Origin: TPA_inf: Saccharomyces
Lineage: Eukaryota
Direction of reading: 5' to 3'
DNA: 64,000 nt
NCBI GenBank assembly: GCA_000146045.2
Contig: BK006948.2
Span: 960,001 to 1,024,000 of the forward strand
Part shown: piece after piece, positions 10,619-21,827 of the stretch
Layout of the letters: every line of letters begins with the position of its first letter
Numbering within the stretch: position 1 is the stretch's first letter
Position numbers and translations under genes: made by a program
The notes under the pieces: generated by a model
Told to the model about the DNA's origin: nothing
The model's database searches: none
Seen by the model: only the letters and a program-made list of their open reading frames with translations

Positions 10619-11894
10619 TGGTAGCGCCTATGCTTCGGTTACTTCTAAGGAAGTCCCATCAAATCAAGATCCGTTAGCCGTTTCAGCTTCCAATTTACCG
10701 GAATTTGATAGAGATTCCACTAAGGTTAATTCTCAAGAAGAGACAACACCTGGGACATCAGCTGTTCCAGAGAACCATCATCATGTCTCTCCTCAACCTG
10801 CTTCAGTACCACCTCCACAGAATGGACAGTACCAACAGCACGGCATGATGACCCCAAACAAAGCTATGGCTTCTAACTGGGCACATTACCAACAACCATC
10901 TATGATGACGTGTTCACATTATCAAACGTCACCTGCGTATTATCAACCGGACCCACACTATCCGCTGCCACAGTATATCCCACCGCTGAGTACTTCCTCA
11001 CCTGATCCAATCGATTCACAGGATCAACACTCTGAAGTACCTCAAGCTAAGACAAAGGTGAGAAATAATGTCTTACCACCACACCCACACACATCAGAAG
11101 AAAACTTTTCTACATGGGTTAAATTTTACATCAGATTTTTGAAGAACTCTAATCTCGGTGACATTATTCCAAATGACCAGGGTGAAATCAAAAGACAAAT
11201 GACTTATGAAGAACATGCGTATATATACAATACCTTCCAAGCATTTGCCCCATTTCATTTATTGCCAACATGGGTAAAACAAATTTTAGAAATTAATTAT
11301 TCTGACATCCTTACAGTCCTTTGTAAAAGTGTGTCCAAAATGCAAACTAACAATCAAGAATTAAAAGATTGGATAGCTCTTGCCAACCTTGAGTACAACG
11401 GAAGTACATCTGCTGATACATTTGAAATTACAGTCAGCACGATCATTCAAAGGCTAAAAGAAAACAATATCAATGTTAGCGACAGATTGGCCTGTCAACT
11501 AATACTTAAAGGTCTATCCGGTGATTTCAAATACCTACGTAATCAATATCGTACCAAAACGAACATGAAACTTTCCCAATTATTCGCTGAAATTCAATTA
11601 ATATATGACGAAAATAAAATCATGAATCTAAATAAACCGTCCCAATACAAACAACACAGCGAATACAAAAATGTTTCTCGCACATCTCCAAACACGACTA
11701 ACACGAAGGTTACAACTCGTAATTATCATAGAACAAATAGTTCAAAACCAAGAGCAGCAAAAGCTCACAATATTGCTACATCCAGTAAATTCTCAAGGGT
11801 GAACAATGATCACATTAATGAATCAACCGTTTCATCACAATACTTAAGCGATGACAACGAACTTAGTCTTAGGCCAGCAACAGAAAGAATCTAA
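10578..11894 (+). CDS. TYA: Ty2 Gag (TYA), 438 aa
   Basis: ORF beginning [10 protein letters not shown]. Pro/Gln/Tyr-rich N-terminal half and a conserved Gag core ([47 protein letters not shown]). Confidence 0.92.
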   Translation: MESQQLHQNPHCPHGSAYASVTSKEVPSNQDPLAVSASNLPEFDRDSTKVNSQEETTPGTSAVPENHHHVSPQPASVPPPQNGQYQQHGMMTPNKAMASNWAHYQQPSMMTCSHYQTSPAYYQPDPHYPLPQYIPPLSTSSPDPIDSQDQHSEVPQAKTKVRNNVLPPHPHTSEENFSTWVKFYIRFLKNSNLGDIIPNDQGEIKRQMTYEEHAYIYNTFQAFAPFHLLPTWVKQILEINYSDILTVLCKSVSKMQTNNQELKDWIALANLEYNGSTSADTFEITVSTIIQRLKENNINVSDRLACQLILKGLSGDFKYLRNQYRTKTNMKLSQLFAEIQLIYDENKIMNLNKPSQYKQHSEYKNVSRTSPNTTNTKVTTRNYHRTNSSKPRAAKAHNIATSSKFSRVNNDHINESTVSSQYLSDDNELSLRPATERI

Positions 11895-14800
11895 GCCAAC
11901 ACGCACAATAGACTCGAATGACGAACTACCTGATCACCTTCTTATTGATTCAGGAGCTTCGCAAACGCTTGTCAGATCAGCCCATTATTTACACCATGCA
12001 ACACCCAATTCTGAAATAAACATAGTCGATGCTCAAAAACAAGACATTCCTATAAATGCCATTGGTAATCTTCACTTCAACTTTCAGAACGGCACCAAAA
12101 CATCAATAAAAGCACTACACACACCAAACATAGCCTATGATCTATTAAGTTTGAGTGAGCTGACTAACCAAAATATTACTGCCTGCTTTACCAGAAACAC
12201 TTTAGAAAGATCGGATGGTACAGTACTAGCTCCCATAGTCAAACATGGAGACTTTTACTGGTTATCTAAAAAATACCTAATTCCTTCGCACATTTCAAAG
12301 CTAACAATAAACAACGTCAACAAAAGCAAAAGCGTAAATAAATATCCATATCCGTTAATACATCGAATGCTTGGACATGCTAACTTCCGAAGTATTCAGA
12401 AGTCTCTTAAGAAGAATGCAGTTACATATTTGAAAGAATCGGATATTGAATGGTCTAACGCTAGCACATATCAATGTCCTGACTGTCTAATCGGCAAAAG
12501 CACGAAACATAGGCATGTCAAAGGATCACGACTAAAGTACCAAGAATCATATGAGCCTTTTCAGTACTTGCATACCGATATATTTGGTCCTGTACATCAC
12601 TTACCGAAAAGTGCACCTTCTTACTTTATATCGTTTACAGATGAGAAAACCAGATTCCAATGGGTGTACCCATTACACGACCGTCGTGAAGAATCTATCC
12701 TCAATGTTTTTACATCGATATTAGCATTTATTAAGAACCAATTCAATGCTCGCGTTCTAGTTATCCAGATGGATCGTGGCTCCGAGTACACTAACAAAAC
12801 TCTTCATAAGTTCTTTACGAACAGAGGTATTACTGCATGCTATACAACCACGGCAGATTCTAGAGCACACGGTGTCGCTGAACGATTAAATCGTACTTTA
12901 TTAAACGATTGTCGCACACTGCTTCATTGCAGTGGTCTACCAAATCATCTATGGTTCTCAGCAGTCGAATTTTCTACTATAATCAGAAATTCATTAGTCT
13001 CACCAAAAAACGATAAATCTGCAAGACAACATGCAGGTTTAGCTGGACTGGACATTACTACTATACTACCTTTCGGTCAACCGGTTATAGTTAACAACCA
13101 TAATCCTGACTCGAAAATACATCCTCGTGGCATTCCAGGTTACGCCTTACATCCATCACGAAACTCTTATGGCTATATTATCTATCTTCCATCCTTAAAA
13201 AAGACAGTAGATACTACCAATTACGTTATATTACAAAACAATCAAACGAAATTGGACCAGTTCGACTACGATACACTCACTTTTGATGATGATCTCAATC
13301 GTTTAACAGCCCATAACCAATCTTTTATTGAACAAAATGAAACGGAGCAGTCATATGATCAAAATACAGAATCTGATCATGACTATCAATCGGAGATTGA
13401 AATAAACTCTGATCCTCTAGTGAACGATTTCTCGTCCCAATCATTGAACCCTTTACAATTAGACAAGGAACCAGTCCAAAAGGTACGTGCACCAAAAGAA
13501 GTTGATGCCGACATATCTGAATACAATATTCTTCCATCTACTATACGATCTCGTACACCCCATATCATTAATAAAGAGAGTACCGAAATGGGTGGTACCA
13601 TTGAATCAGATACTACTTCACCTAGACACTCGTCTACCTTCACTGCACGAAACCAAAAGCGACCTGGTAGTCCCAACGATATGATTGATTTGACCTCACA
13701 GGATAGAGTTAATTATGGACTTGAAAACATCAAAACTACACGTTTGGGTGGTACGGAGGAACCATATATTCAACGAAATAGTGATACAAATATCAAATAC
13801 AGGACTACAAACAGTACGCCCTCAATAGATGACCGTTCGTCCAACAGTGACTCCACTACTCCCATCATCTCCATAGAAACAAAGGCTGCATGTGATAATA
13901 CACCCTCCATTGATACGGATCCGCCAGAATATCGCTCTTCTGACCATGCGACTCCTAATATAATGCCTGACAAATCCTCAAAAAATGTTACGGCTGATTC
14001 TATTCTTGACGACCTCCCACTTCCTGACTTAACCCATAAATCTCCTACGGACACTTCTGATGTTTCAAAAGATATCCCACACATACACTCTCGTCAGACT
14101 AATTCCAGTTTGGGTGGTATGGATGATTCTAATGTTCTGACTACTACCAAAAGTAAGAAAAGATCATTAGAAGATAATGAAACTGAAATTGAGGTATCCC
14201 GAGACACATGGAATAATAAGAATATGAGAAGTCTGGAACCACCAAGATCGAAGAAACGCATAAATTTAATTGCAGCAATAAAAGGAGTGAAATCGATCAA
14301 ACCAGTTCGAACGACCTTAAGATATGATGAAGCAATTACATATAATAAAGACAACAAAGAAAAAGACAGATATGTTGAAGCTTATCATAAAGAAATTAGC
14401 CAACTATTGAAAATGAACACTTGGGATACAAACAAATATTATGATAGAAATGACATAGATCCTAAAAAAGTAATAAACTCAATGTTTATATTTAACAAGA
14501 AACGTGATGGTACACACAAAGCTAGATTTGTTGCAAGAGGCGACATTCAACACCCCGATACATATGATTCTGATATGCAATCCAATACCGTACATCACTA
14601 TGCACTGATGACGTCATTGTCAATCGCATTAGACAATGACTATTATATCACACAGCTGGACATATCCTCTGCTTACTTATATGCTGATATCAAAGAAGAA
14701 TTATACATAAGACCTCCACCACATTTAGGTTTGAATGATAAGTTACTACGTTTGAGAAAATCACTCTATGGTTTGAAACAAAGTGGTGCAAACTGGTATG

Positions 14801-15891
14801 AAACCATTAAATCATATTTAATAAATTGTTGCGACATGCAAGAAGTTCGCGGATGGTCATGCGTATTTAAGAATAGTCAAGTAACAATTTGCTTATTCGT
14901 TGATGATATGATATTATTCAGCAAAGACTTAAATGCAAATAAGAAAATCATAACAACACTCAAGAAACAATACGATACAAAGATAATAAATCTGGGTGAA
15001 GGTGATAACGAAATTCAGTACGACATACTTGGATTAGAGATCAAATATCAAAGAAGCAAGTACATGAAATTAGGTATGGAAAAATCCTTGACAGAAAAAT
15101 TACCCAAACTAAACGTACCTTTGAACCCAAAAGGAAAGAAACTTAGAGCTCCAGGTCAACCAGGTCATTATATAGACCAGGATGAACTAGAAATAGATGA
15201 AGATGAATACAAAGAGAAAGTGCATGAAATGCAAAAGTTGATTGGTCTAGCTTCATATGTTGGATATAAATTTAGATTTGACTTACTATACTACATCAAC
15301 ACACTTGCTCAACATATACTATTCCCCTCTAGGCAAGTTTTAGACATGACATATGAGTTAATACAATTCATGTGGGACACTAGAGATAAACAATTAATAT
15401 GGCACAAAAACAAACCTACCAAGCCAGATAATAAACTAGTCGCAATAAGCGATGCTTCATATGGTAACCAACCATATTACAAGTCACAAATTGGTAACAT
15501 TTTCCTACTCAACGGAAAAGTGATTGGAGGAAAGTCGACAAAGGCTTCGTTAACATGCACTTCAACTACAGAAGCAGAAATACACGCAGTCAGTGAAGCT
15601 ATACCGCTATTGAATAACCTCAGTCACCTTGTGCAAGAACTTAACAAGAAACCAATTATTAAAGGCTTACTTACTGATAGTAGATCAACGATCAGTATAA
15701 TTAAGTCTACAAATGAAGAGAAATTTAGAAACAGATTTTTTGGCACAAAGGCAATGAGACTTAGAGATGAAGTATCAGGTAATAATTTATACGTATACTA
15801 CATCGAGACCAAGAAGAACATTGCTGATGTGATGACAAAACCTCTTCCGATAAAAACATTTAAACTATTAACAAACAAATGGATTCATTAG
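11851..15891 (+). CDS. TYB: Ty2 Pol (TYB) reading frame; made as a Gag-Pol fusion by +1 frameshifting at 11878-11884; encodes protease, integrase, reverse transcriptase and RNase H
   Basis: 1346-aa frame. Aspartic protease motif [11 protein letters not shown]. Integrase zinc-finger region H..H..C..C with [13 protein letters not shown] and a DDE core. RT motifs including the YXDD box [11 protein letters not shown]-terminal RNase H ([10 protein letters not shown]). Confidence 0.92.
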   Translation: MTTNLVLGQQQKESKPTRTIDSNDELPDHLLIDSGASQTLVRSAHYLHHATPNSEINIVDAQKQDIPINAIGNLHFNFQNGTKTSIKALHTPNIAYDLLSLSELTNQNITACFTRNTLERSDGTVLAPIVKHGDFYWLSKKYLIPSHISKLTINNVNKSKSVNKYPYPLIHRMLGHANFRSIQKSLKKNAVTYLKESDIEWSNASTYQCPDCLIGKSTKHRHVKGSRLKYQESYEPFQYLHTDIFGPVHHLPKSAPSYFISFTDEKTRFQWVYPLHDRREESILNVFTSILAFIKNQFNARVLVIQMDRGSEYTNKTLHKFFTNRGITACYTTTADSRAHGVAERLNRTLLNDCRTLLHCSGLPNHLWFSAVEFSTIIRNSLVSPKNDKSARQHAGLAGLDITTILPFGQPVIVNNHNPDSKIHPRGIPGYALHPSRNSYGYIIYLPSLKKTVDTTNYVILQNNQTKLDQFDYDTLTFDDDLNRLTAHNQSFIEQNETEQSYDQNTESDHDYQSEIEINSDPLVNDFSSQSLNPLQLDKEPVQKVRAPKEVDADISEYNILPSTIRSRTPHIINKESTEMGGTIESDTTSPRHSSTFTARNQKRPGSPNDMIDLTSQDRVNYGLENIKTTRLGGTEEPYIQRNSDTNIKYRTTNSTPSIDDRSSNSDSTTPIISIETKAACDNTPSIDTDPPEYRSSDHATPNIMPDKSSKNVTADSILDDLPLPDLTHKSPTDTSDVSKDIPHIHSRQTNSSLGGMDDSNVLTTTKSKKRSLEDNETEIEVSRDTWNNKNMRSLEPPRSKKRINLIAAIKGVKSIKPVRTTLRYDEAITYNKDNKEKDRYVEAYHKEISQLLKMNTWDTNKYYDRNDIDPKKVINSMFIFNKKRDGTHKARFVARGDIQHPDTYDSDMQSNTVHHYALMTSLSIALDNDYYITQLDISSAYLYADIKEELYIRPPPHLGLNDKLLRLRKSLYGLKQSGANWYETIKSYLINCCDMQEVRGWSCVFKNSQVTICLFVDDMILFSKDLNANKKIITTLKKQYDTKIINLGEGDNEIQYDILGLEIKYQRSKYMKLGMEKSLTEKLPKLNVPLNPKGKKLRAPGQPGHYIDQDELEIDEDEYKEKVHEMQKLIGLASYVGYKFRFDLLYYINTLAQHILFPSRQVLDMTYELIQFMWDTRDKQLIWHKNKPTKPDNKLVAISDASYGNQPYYKSQIGNIFLLNGKVIGGKSTKASLTCTSTTEAEIHAVSEAIPLLNNLSHLVQELNKKPIIKGLLTDSRSTISIIKSTNEEKFRNRFFGTKAMRLRDEVSGNNLYVYYIETKKNIADVMTKPLPIKTFKLLTNKWIH
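11878..11884 (+). promoter_or_regulatory. Programmed +1 ribosomal frameshift heptamer CTT-AGG-C joining TYA to TYB
   Basis: cttaggc lies in the TYA/TYB overlap. After the shift the pol frame continues [11 protein letters not shown], as in Ty1 and Ty2. Confidence 0.85.
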
Positions 15892-15913
15892 ATCTATTAC
15901 ATTATGGGTGGTA

Positions 15914-16245
15914 TGTTGGAATAAAAATCAACTATCATCTACTAACTAGTATTTACGTTACTAGTATATTATCATATACGGTGTTAGAAGATGACGCAAA
16001 TGATGAGAAATAGTCATCTAAATTAGTGGAAGCTGAAACGCAAGGATTGATAATGTAATAGGATCAATGAATATTAACATATAAAACGATGATAATAATA
16101 TTTATAGAATTGTGTAGAATTGCAGATTCCCTTTTATGGATTCCTAAATCCTCGAGGAGAACTTCTAGTATATCTACATACCTAATATTATAGCCTTAAT
16201 CACAATGGAATCCCAACAATTACATCAAAATCCACATTCTCCACA
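15914..16245 (+). repeat. Ty2 3' LTR (332 bp)
   Basis: Identical to the 5' LTR except for one G/C difference 7 bp from the end (cattgtccaca vs cattctccaca). Confidence 0.9.
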
Positions 16246-16250
16246 CAGTC
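16246..16250. repeat. Right copy of the Ty2 target-site duplication (CAGTC)
   Basis: cagtc immediately 3' of the LTR terminus CCACA. Confidence 0.85.
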
Positions 16251-16263
16251 ATACTCGTAAGAA

Positions 16264-16345
16264 TTGGTTGAATTTGAGATAATTGTTGGGATTCCATTGC
16301 TGATAGCTTTAATATTATGTATAAGGAATATACTAGAAATTCCGA
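16264..16345 (-). repeat. Inverted fragment of a delta-type LTR end
   Basis: tgagataattgttgggattccattgctgatagctttaatattatgtataaggaatatactagaa is the reverse complement of the LTR 3' end pattern (ttctagtatat...aatggaatcccaacaattatctca). Confidence 0.6.
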
Positions 16346-16358
16346 AAACTGCTTATAT

Positions 16359-16403
16359 CAAGACTTCAAGGAATCTGGTATTACTCGAGCCCGTAATACA
16401 ACA
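16359..16403 (+). mobile_element. 3' terminal remnant of the same Ty3 sigma LTR, ending 17 bp upstream of tRNA-Met
   Basis: caagac..ggtattactcgagcccgtaatacaaca matches the sigma 3' end (CAAGACACTCCGGTATTACTCGAGCCCGTAATACAACA). The 17-bp spacing to the tRNA is the canonical Ty3 integration distance. Confidence 0.7.
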
Positions 16404-16420
16404 CGTTTGATATTTTGTGC

Positions 16421-16493
16421 GCTTCAGTAGCTCAGTAGGAAGAGCGTCAGTCTCATAATCTGAAGGTCGAGAGTTCGAACCTCCCCTGGAGCA
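16421..16493 (+). tRNA. tRNA-Met (CAU), elongator type, no intron
   Basis: GCTTCAGTAGCTCAGTAGGAAGAGCGTCAGTCTCATAATCTGAAGGTCGAGAGTTCGAACCTCCCCTGGAGCA folds as a cloverleaf. The anticodon loop CTCATAA gives CAU. A-box and B-box (GGTCGAGAGTTCGAACC) are present. A downstream T-run provides the Pol III terminator. Confidence 0.93.
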
Positions 16494-17193
16494 ATATTTT
16501 TTTGCTAATATGACAGCCCAATATCTCGCTTCGAACAAATTGTCGTCAATCAGAGGGGGGAATACAAAAAGCCCAAAAAACTTCTTTAAGAATATAATGC
16601 TGTAAATATATGTTTCGTACTTAGTTTAGTTATGGCGTGACATAATAACGGGTTGTGAATGTAATGAATAGAAAAGGCCGTAATAAGATAATAAAATAAA
16701 ATAAATGAGAAAAGTTTGAGAAGAGTTCGTTCGTATAAATCATTAAGGTGTATGTGTTTGTTGAAATAAAAAAAATTGATTTTTTTTTATTTTTTCGGTT
16801 TTGGCATACATATCCGTCCGTAGCTGAAACGGAATTTCGTCATGTCTTGTGCTTTCTTGGCTATGAACCACGCGTCATTAATGTGTATAAAGGAGGAATA
16901 AAATTAGAATTTTTTTTGAATAATACGAAATAGAAAAGAAAAAGGTATGAAAAGTGCGCATCACGATTTATCATCCTTCTTTAGTGGGGATTTTTTTTTT
17001 TTATCTTTTTGTATGTTTTTTCCAACTTCTTTTTTTTTTTTGTATTCTTGTCTGCTATGTTATGGCCTTGTTATTTTTTGGGCTTGTTTTTTAAAGTACT
17101 TCGCTAAGAAAGAAAAAAATGTCGCATAAACAAAAGAGGAGAAAGGAATTTCTATCGTAATTTTATAATATTGGTGTTTAAGCAAGCGTGCTT

Positions 17194-18069
17194 TTATTTT
17201 TGGTCTTGTTTCAAAGTGTCGATTTCACTTTTCAACCTTTGAACTTCCATTTCGTATAGTCGTTCGTTATTTTGTAGATATAGAATATAGTCAACAGCTT
17301 TTTCTAGGATCATGCTTTTATTTAGCTTCGTGCTTGTAGCAGCGGCAGATGGAAGAGGAGTAGTAGCGGCAGTTTCTGCGCCGTCTTCGTCCTGTTTTTT
17401 TACAGAATCACCTACTTCGAAAGCTGTTTGTTCACTTGCTACCCATGGGATAATCTGCTGCAGTCTTGCAATCTTTGTGTTGATGTTTATTCTGTAGCGT
17501 TTTTCAATCTTGTTGTGAGCTTGCTTTTGGAAGGGGGTCAGTCTTTTTCTTGGAGCCCTCTTTTTCGTTTCCTTAGCATCTAGATTTGTTTTTATAAACG
17601 AGTCGTTTAGCTCGATTTCATTCTTAAGTGGGGTACTATCGTCATTATTATCAGTATTTATCATGTTAGGCATTAATTGCAAAGAAGCCGGTTCAAAATC
17701 TGCCAACGAAAGGGCATTGTCATCCTCTTCTCTTTTTATCGAGCTGCTAACCTCGGGAGAATGCGAGTATGAGGAAGGATTACTGAAAAACTGATCTGTT
17801 GGAAAAAGAGCAGATTCCTCGTTGTTGGAAGATATAAACTGGTCTTCGATTGGAGAGCCTATCGAGGAGCTGGATGCAGAGGAGATAATGTTTTCCAATG
17901 GTTCGAACCATGTGGAAGAAGATGCAGAAAGAACTGACGAGGAGTCCTTGTTGACGTTGATATGACTAGCTCCGTCATTTTCATCCGACAACCAATTATC
18001 AAATTCAGATTCAGGTTTAATTAAAGTAGTTTCGCTAGATCTAACATTTCTGTCTAAAATAGAGTTCAT
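17194..18069 (-). CDS. TYE7: bHLH transcription factor Tye7 (glycolytic gene activator), 291 aa
   Basis: C-terminal basic helix-loop-helix (QKQAHNKIEKRYRININTKIARLQQIIP ... leucine-rich helix). Ser-rich N-terminus. Length matches Tye7. Confidence 0.9.
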   Translation of the reverse strand: MNSILDRNVRSSETTLIKPESEFDNWLSDENDGASHINVNKDSSSVLSASSSTWFEPLENIISSASSSSIGSPIEDQFISSNNEESALFPTDQFFSNPSSYSHSPEVSSSIKREEDDNALSLADFEPASLQLMPNMINTDNNDDSTPLKNEIELNDSFIKTNLDAKETKKRAPRKRLTPFQKQAHNKIEKRYRININTKIARLQQIIPWVASEQTAFEVGDSVKKQDEDGAETAATTPLPSAAATSTKLNKSMILEKAVDYILYLQNNERLYEMEVQRLKSEIDTLKQDQK

Positions 18070-19816
18070 AATTGTTAAACTTGAAGAGATTTGATAGTGT
18101 GTTATTTGTCTTTATTTTTATTTTTGCACTAAAAGTTTATGAAGTGAACAAAAAAAAAAAATAATAGTAAAGTAGAGAGACTTTAGATCGGTACTGCTTG
18201 TGGTGCTTTACGCTTAATAAGAAAGAAAATGAGAAAAGAGAGAAATATGTAAAGAATAAAGGTTGATGGTTGGGAAATATAAAATAAGGATGTAATTAAG
18301 ATAGCTTTACTTTCCCATGAATTGATATATGAAGTGAAAAAGGATGTAAATAAGTTTAAATTTTGGAGATAACAAAAGAAGTTTATATAAGTACATTTGA
18401 TTGTTGAGGTGAGAAAAAAAAAGGAAACAGAGGTGAAAAAAATTAATAGCAAACGTTGCGTTTTGCATTTCTACTAAGAATGGAAATGTCGCAGACACGG
18501 TATCATCTACACTGTGAAAAAGAAATGAAAATGAGAATTGTTATTTGGCGAACTGTGAACGTGCGCAGGGCAGAATCCCATTGTACGGTTCGTACGTGGG
18601 CACAATGAATTACTACTAGGGTAAGAAATGACCGCAGCAGCATGAACATTCTAGAACAAAATTTGATTCCTTACCGAATGGAGAGAGGCCACGTTGTTAG
18701 GGGAGTAACAGCGCAATGAAGTGAGCTCAATCCCACTCCAGAAGGGCTTGTGTACGGCCGGAACTGGGCTAAGCAGTATCCGCGGGTGAAAGTCAAGGTC
18801 AGCTTGTTCCGGTTTCAAAAGGAAGATTTTCCGGGATACCTCTGGGTGTAACATTCAGATGCGTGCGTCATTTATTCTCTACCCATGTGGTGCCTGCCAG
18901 ATCCGGTAAGTACCGCCCAGCATAGCGTATACACAAGGATGAATGGGTTCTACGACACCGCGGTTTAAGGAAGTTGCCGCATTTGGCATGGTGTGGTGAT
19001 GTCTCTTTTCCTAAACCAGACTGAGACAGGTTTATTTCACCGATTTTTTTTTGCTTTGGCATAATAGAATGTCCAAGAAGGGTATTTTACTATCTTACAC
19101 GTGTTTGTAACATAAACGACAATTTTGTAGCACAACTAGGGCATGTCAGTCTGAGTCGTATTAGCGCCCTCCCCCTTACTTCAACAGTATCGTAGGATTG
19201 GCATTGCATATACGCCGATTTTAGCGTTGTTAATTGATCATTGCTGGCTTGCCACGTGATGGCAATAGGCTTTCTCTCGTGCTCGACCCCTAATGTCAGT
19301 TCAAGCAGGGAACGTGCCAAACATGGCTAGTGCATTTTTTACGTAAGCCGCAAAGAGGTTCCTCTTTTCTTAGTGTTTCGCCCTACTGATAAGAATGTGA
19401 AAAAGTAAACGATAAGATTAATATAATTAAAAAATGTTTCAATTCTAGACATCGTACCCACAAAGGCTGCCCATATCATATCGTAATACAGATCCGCTTT
19501 TCAGATTACATCCGATTTTCAGACTGAAAAGCAGCATAGCGGCAGTATGATGAATACAAGCGCGCTTATCTGTCGCTCTTCTTACTTGGAAAGGGAATCA
19601 TATTACCCGGCAGGGCGCTGACGGGAGCCGCATTAAATAAGCATACGAAAATCATCAAGGTTATCGGCATTTAATTTTTTAGAGGCTTCTTTATATCCCA
19701 TAGTTAGATTATTCAATCAAAAGGTTGTAAATGCCTATTAAGTTGCCTCTTGTCATGGTCCCATATTCCCTGAGGCATTCCTGCCAAGAATAATGGATTT
19801 CTTTCATGCATAATTA

Positions 19817-20252
19817 TTGAGTATTTGAATCATCTACATCGCACCCAAAGAAATTTGATATCGTATAATTCAGCATATTATTATATACTGTGTAAAAAGA
19901 TGACATGGGAATTAAGAAACAATCATCAGATTTAGTGGATGCCGCAATACAAGGACTGATAATGTAAAGAAATAAAAGAGAACGCGACACAAAATGCAAG
20001 GAAAAATAATAAATGTTACGTAGAAATATCGGTTTCCTTTCCTTGATTTCTATATCTTAGTAATGAACTTCAAGAATATGCTTATTTTACCCAATTATAG
20101 CTTTAATCATCAATAGGATCTTAAAAATTATTCTAATATCCACCGAATTTTCGAAAAGTATACTAATTTAAACATTTGGTGTAAGCGTTTAGGTTGCTAA
20201 CGTAGCAGCAAACGTTGGTATCAATCACCACTTATTGCGCTACATTTCAACA
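19817..20252 (+). repeat. Diverged solo LTR (old delta- or tau-like), about 436 bp
   Basis: Internal blocks (catattattatatactgtgtaaaaagatgacatggg...atttagtggatgccgcaatacaaggactgataatgtaa) are collinear with delta-type LTR blocks. It ends ...tttcaaca, a CA terminus. Confidence 0.5.
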
Positions 20253-20259
20253 ATGTTCT

Positions 20260-20591
20260 TGAGAAATGGGTGAATGTTGAGATAATTGTTGGGATTCCAT
20301 TGTTGATAAAGGCTATAATATTAGGTATACAGAATATACTAGAAGTTCTCCTCGAGGGTCTAGGAATCCCCATAATGGAATCTATATTTCTATATACCAA
20401 TATTACGATTATTCCTCATTCCGTTTTATATGTTTCATTATCCTATTACATTATCAATCCTTGCACTTCAGCTTCCTCTAACTTCGATGACAGCTTCTCA
20501 TAACTTGTGTCATCATCTTAACACCGTATATGATAATATATTGATAGTATAACTATTAGTTGATAGACGATAGTGGATTTTTATTCCAACA
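20260..20591 (-). repeat. Solo delta LTR (332 bp) in minus orientation, flanked by a GTTCT target-site duplication
   Basis: Plus strand reads TGAGAAATGGGTGAATGTTGAGATAATTGTTGGGATTCC...TTTTTATTCCAACA, the reverse complement of a Ty1/Ty2 LTR. gttct at 20255-20259 and 20592-20596. Confidence 0.88.
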
Positions 20592-20682
20592 GTTCTCTTC
20601 AACCATTCGTTTTTGGGACTGAGGAAAATGAATATAAAATTATAATACTTCATCTTGAACTTTGAGAAATCACAAATTGTAT

Positions 20683-20787
20683 GGGCGTGTGGTCTAGTGG
20701 AATGATTCTCGCTTTGGGCGATCCCCCTGATCAAACAGGAGGAACAAAGCATGCGAGAGGCCCTGGGTTCAATTCCCAGCTCGCCCC
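20683..20787 (+). tRNA. tRNA-Pro (UGG) with a 33-nt intron
   Basis: GGGCGTGTGGTCTAGTGG..TCTCGCTTTGGG[intron cgatccccctgatcaaacaggaggaacaaagca]TGCGAGAGGCCCTGGGTTCAATTCCCAGCTCGCCCC. The intron sits 1 nt 3' of the UGG anticodon. Poly-T terminator downstream. Confidence 0.9.
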
Positions 20788-21827
20788 TTTTTTTGCAACT
20801 TCGTTTTAGACAGTTACTTAATTTTGTTTCTTAGGCACAACAATATTTATAAAAGAAGAATGTAAGTATGACGACGAAAACGAAAAGACTAATAGTTTCA
20901 TATAATACTAAACGATTTCAATTTTCGTTTTATATCCTTCCTATTCATAAATTTTATTTCGCTATGCCAATAATGAGTGGATGTATAGTTGATATCTGTT
21001 TCGATAATTTTAAAGTAGATAGTAAAATCTTACTGACATGAATAATCCGTCCAAAACTAGATTACTGTATACAAGCATATTTAAAAAAATAATGAAACTA
21101 TGATCAAAAAACTGTGCTACTACAGCGGTGTTGTTATCCGATACAACCGGATATTTTTCTTTTAATGAGTCTAAACCGTGATAGCTTCAGGTTAATACAA
21201 TCAAAAAAAGCTCAAATATTCTTTTAATGCCGCGTTCACAGATTCCAATTGAATACAACTAGGTAGTTCATTATATGAAGCCTTTGCTACTATTTTTCAC
21301 TATAGTCTGCCTTCACCTTAATGCAGACATCCACATATTTTAATCACTTTAAAATAAAAAGGAAGATATATTAGAAGCTATGATCCAATCTGTAAGCCAG
21401 ATTAAAATTCACGAACTCTTCTTTCATTTGAATTGAATGCTTTGAGTTGGGGTAGATTATCGCAAATTACTCATCACATTTATTGACTACGAACTTGCTG
21501 ATGTCCTTTTTTTATTTATATTTTTCTTCAGTGAAGCGATTTTTTTTTTACACAGACCAAGACGGAAAAAAGTAGCTAAGGAAGAAAACAAAATCATGAA
21601 AAAAATGTGAAGTGATCATGCACATCGCATCAACTTAAACATTGGCTTAGAGATATATAGAGTTAGAGTTTACGGCAACCTTTAAGCACCAATACCTTTT
21701 GGCATAGTCTAAAGACCTGGTTCTTAATTTTAAACAAATTTAACTAAAGATTTCCCTATCAAAGAAGTAACGAGTTGACAGATTTTCTCAAAATAAATCG
21801 ATACTGCATTTCTAGGCATATCCAGCG

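Larger units (their letters stand above)
10287..16245 (+). mobile_element. Full-length Ty2 LTR retrotransposon (5959 bp)
   Basis: Two 332-bp LTRs (TGTTGGAATAAAAATCAACTATC...ATTCTCCACA) that differ at a single position. Intact TYA and TYB ORFs. CTTAGGC +1 frameshift heptamer. 5-bp CAGTC flanks. Gag N-terminus [22 protein letters not shown] is Ty2-like and the 438-aa TYA length is typical of Ty2. Confidence 0.93.
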
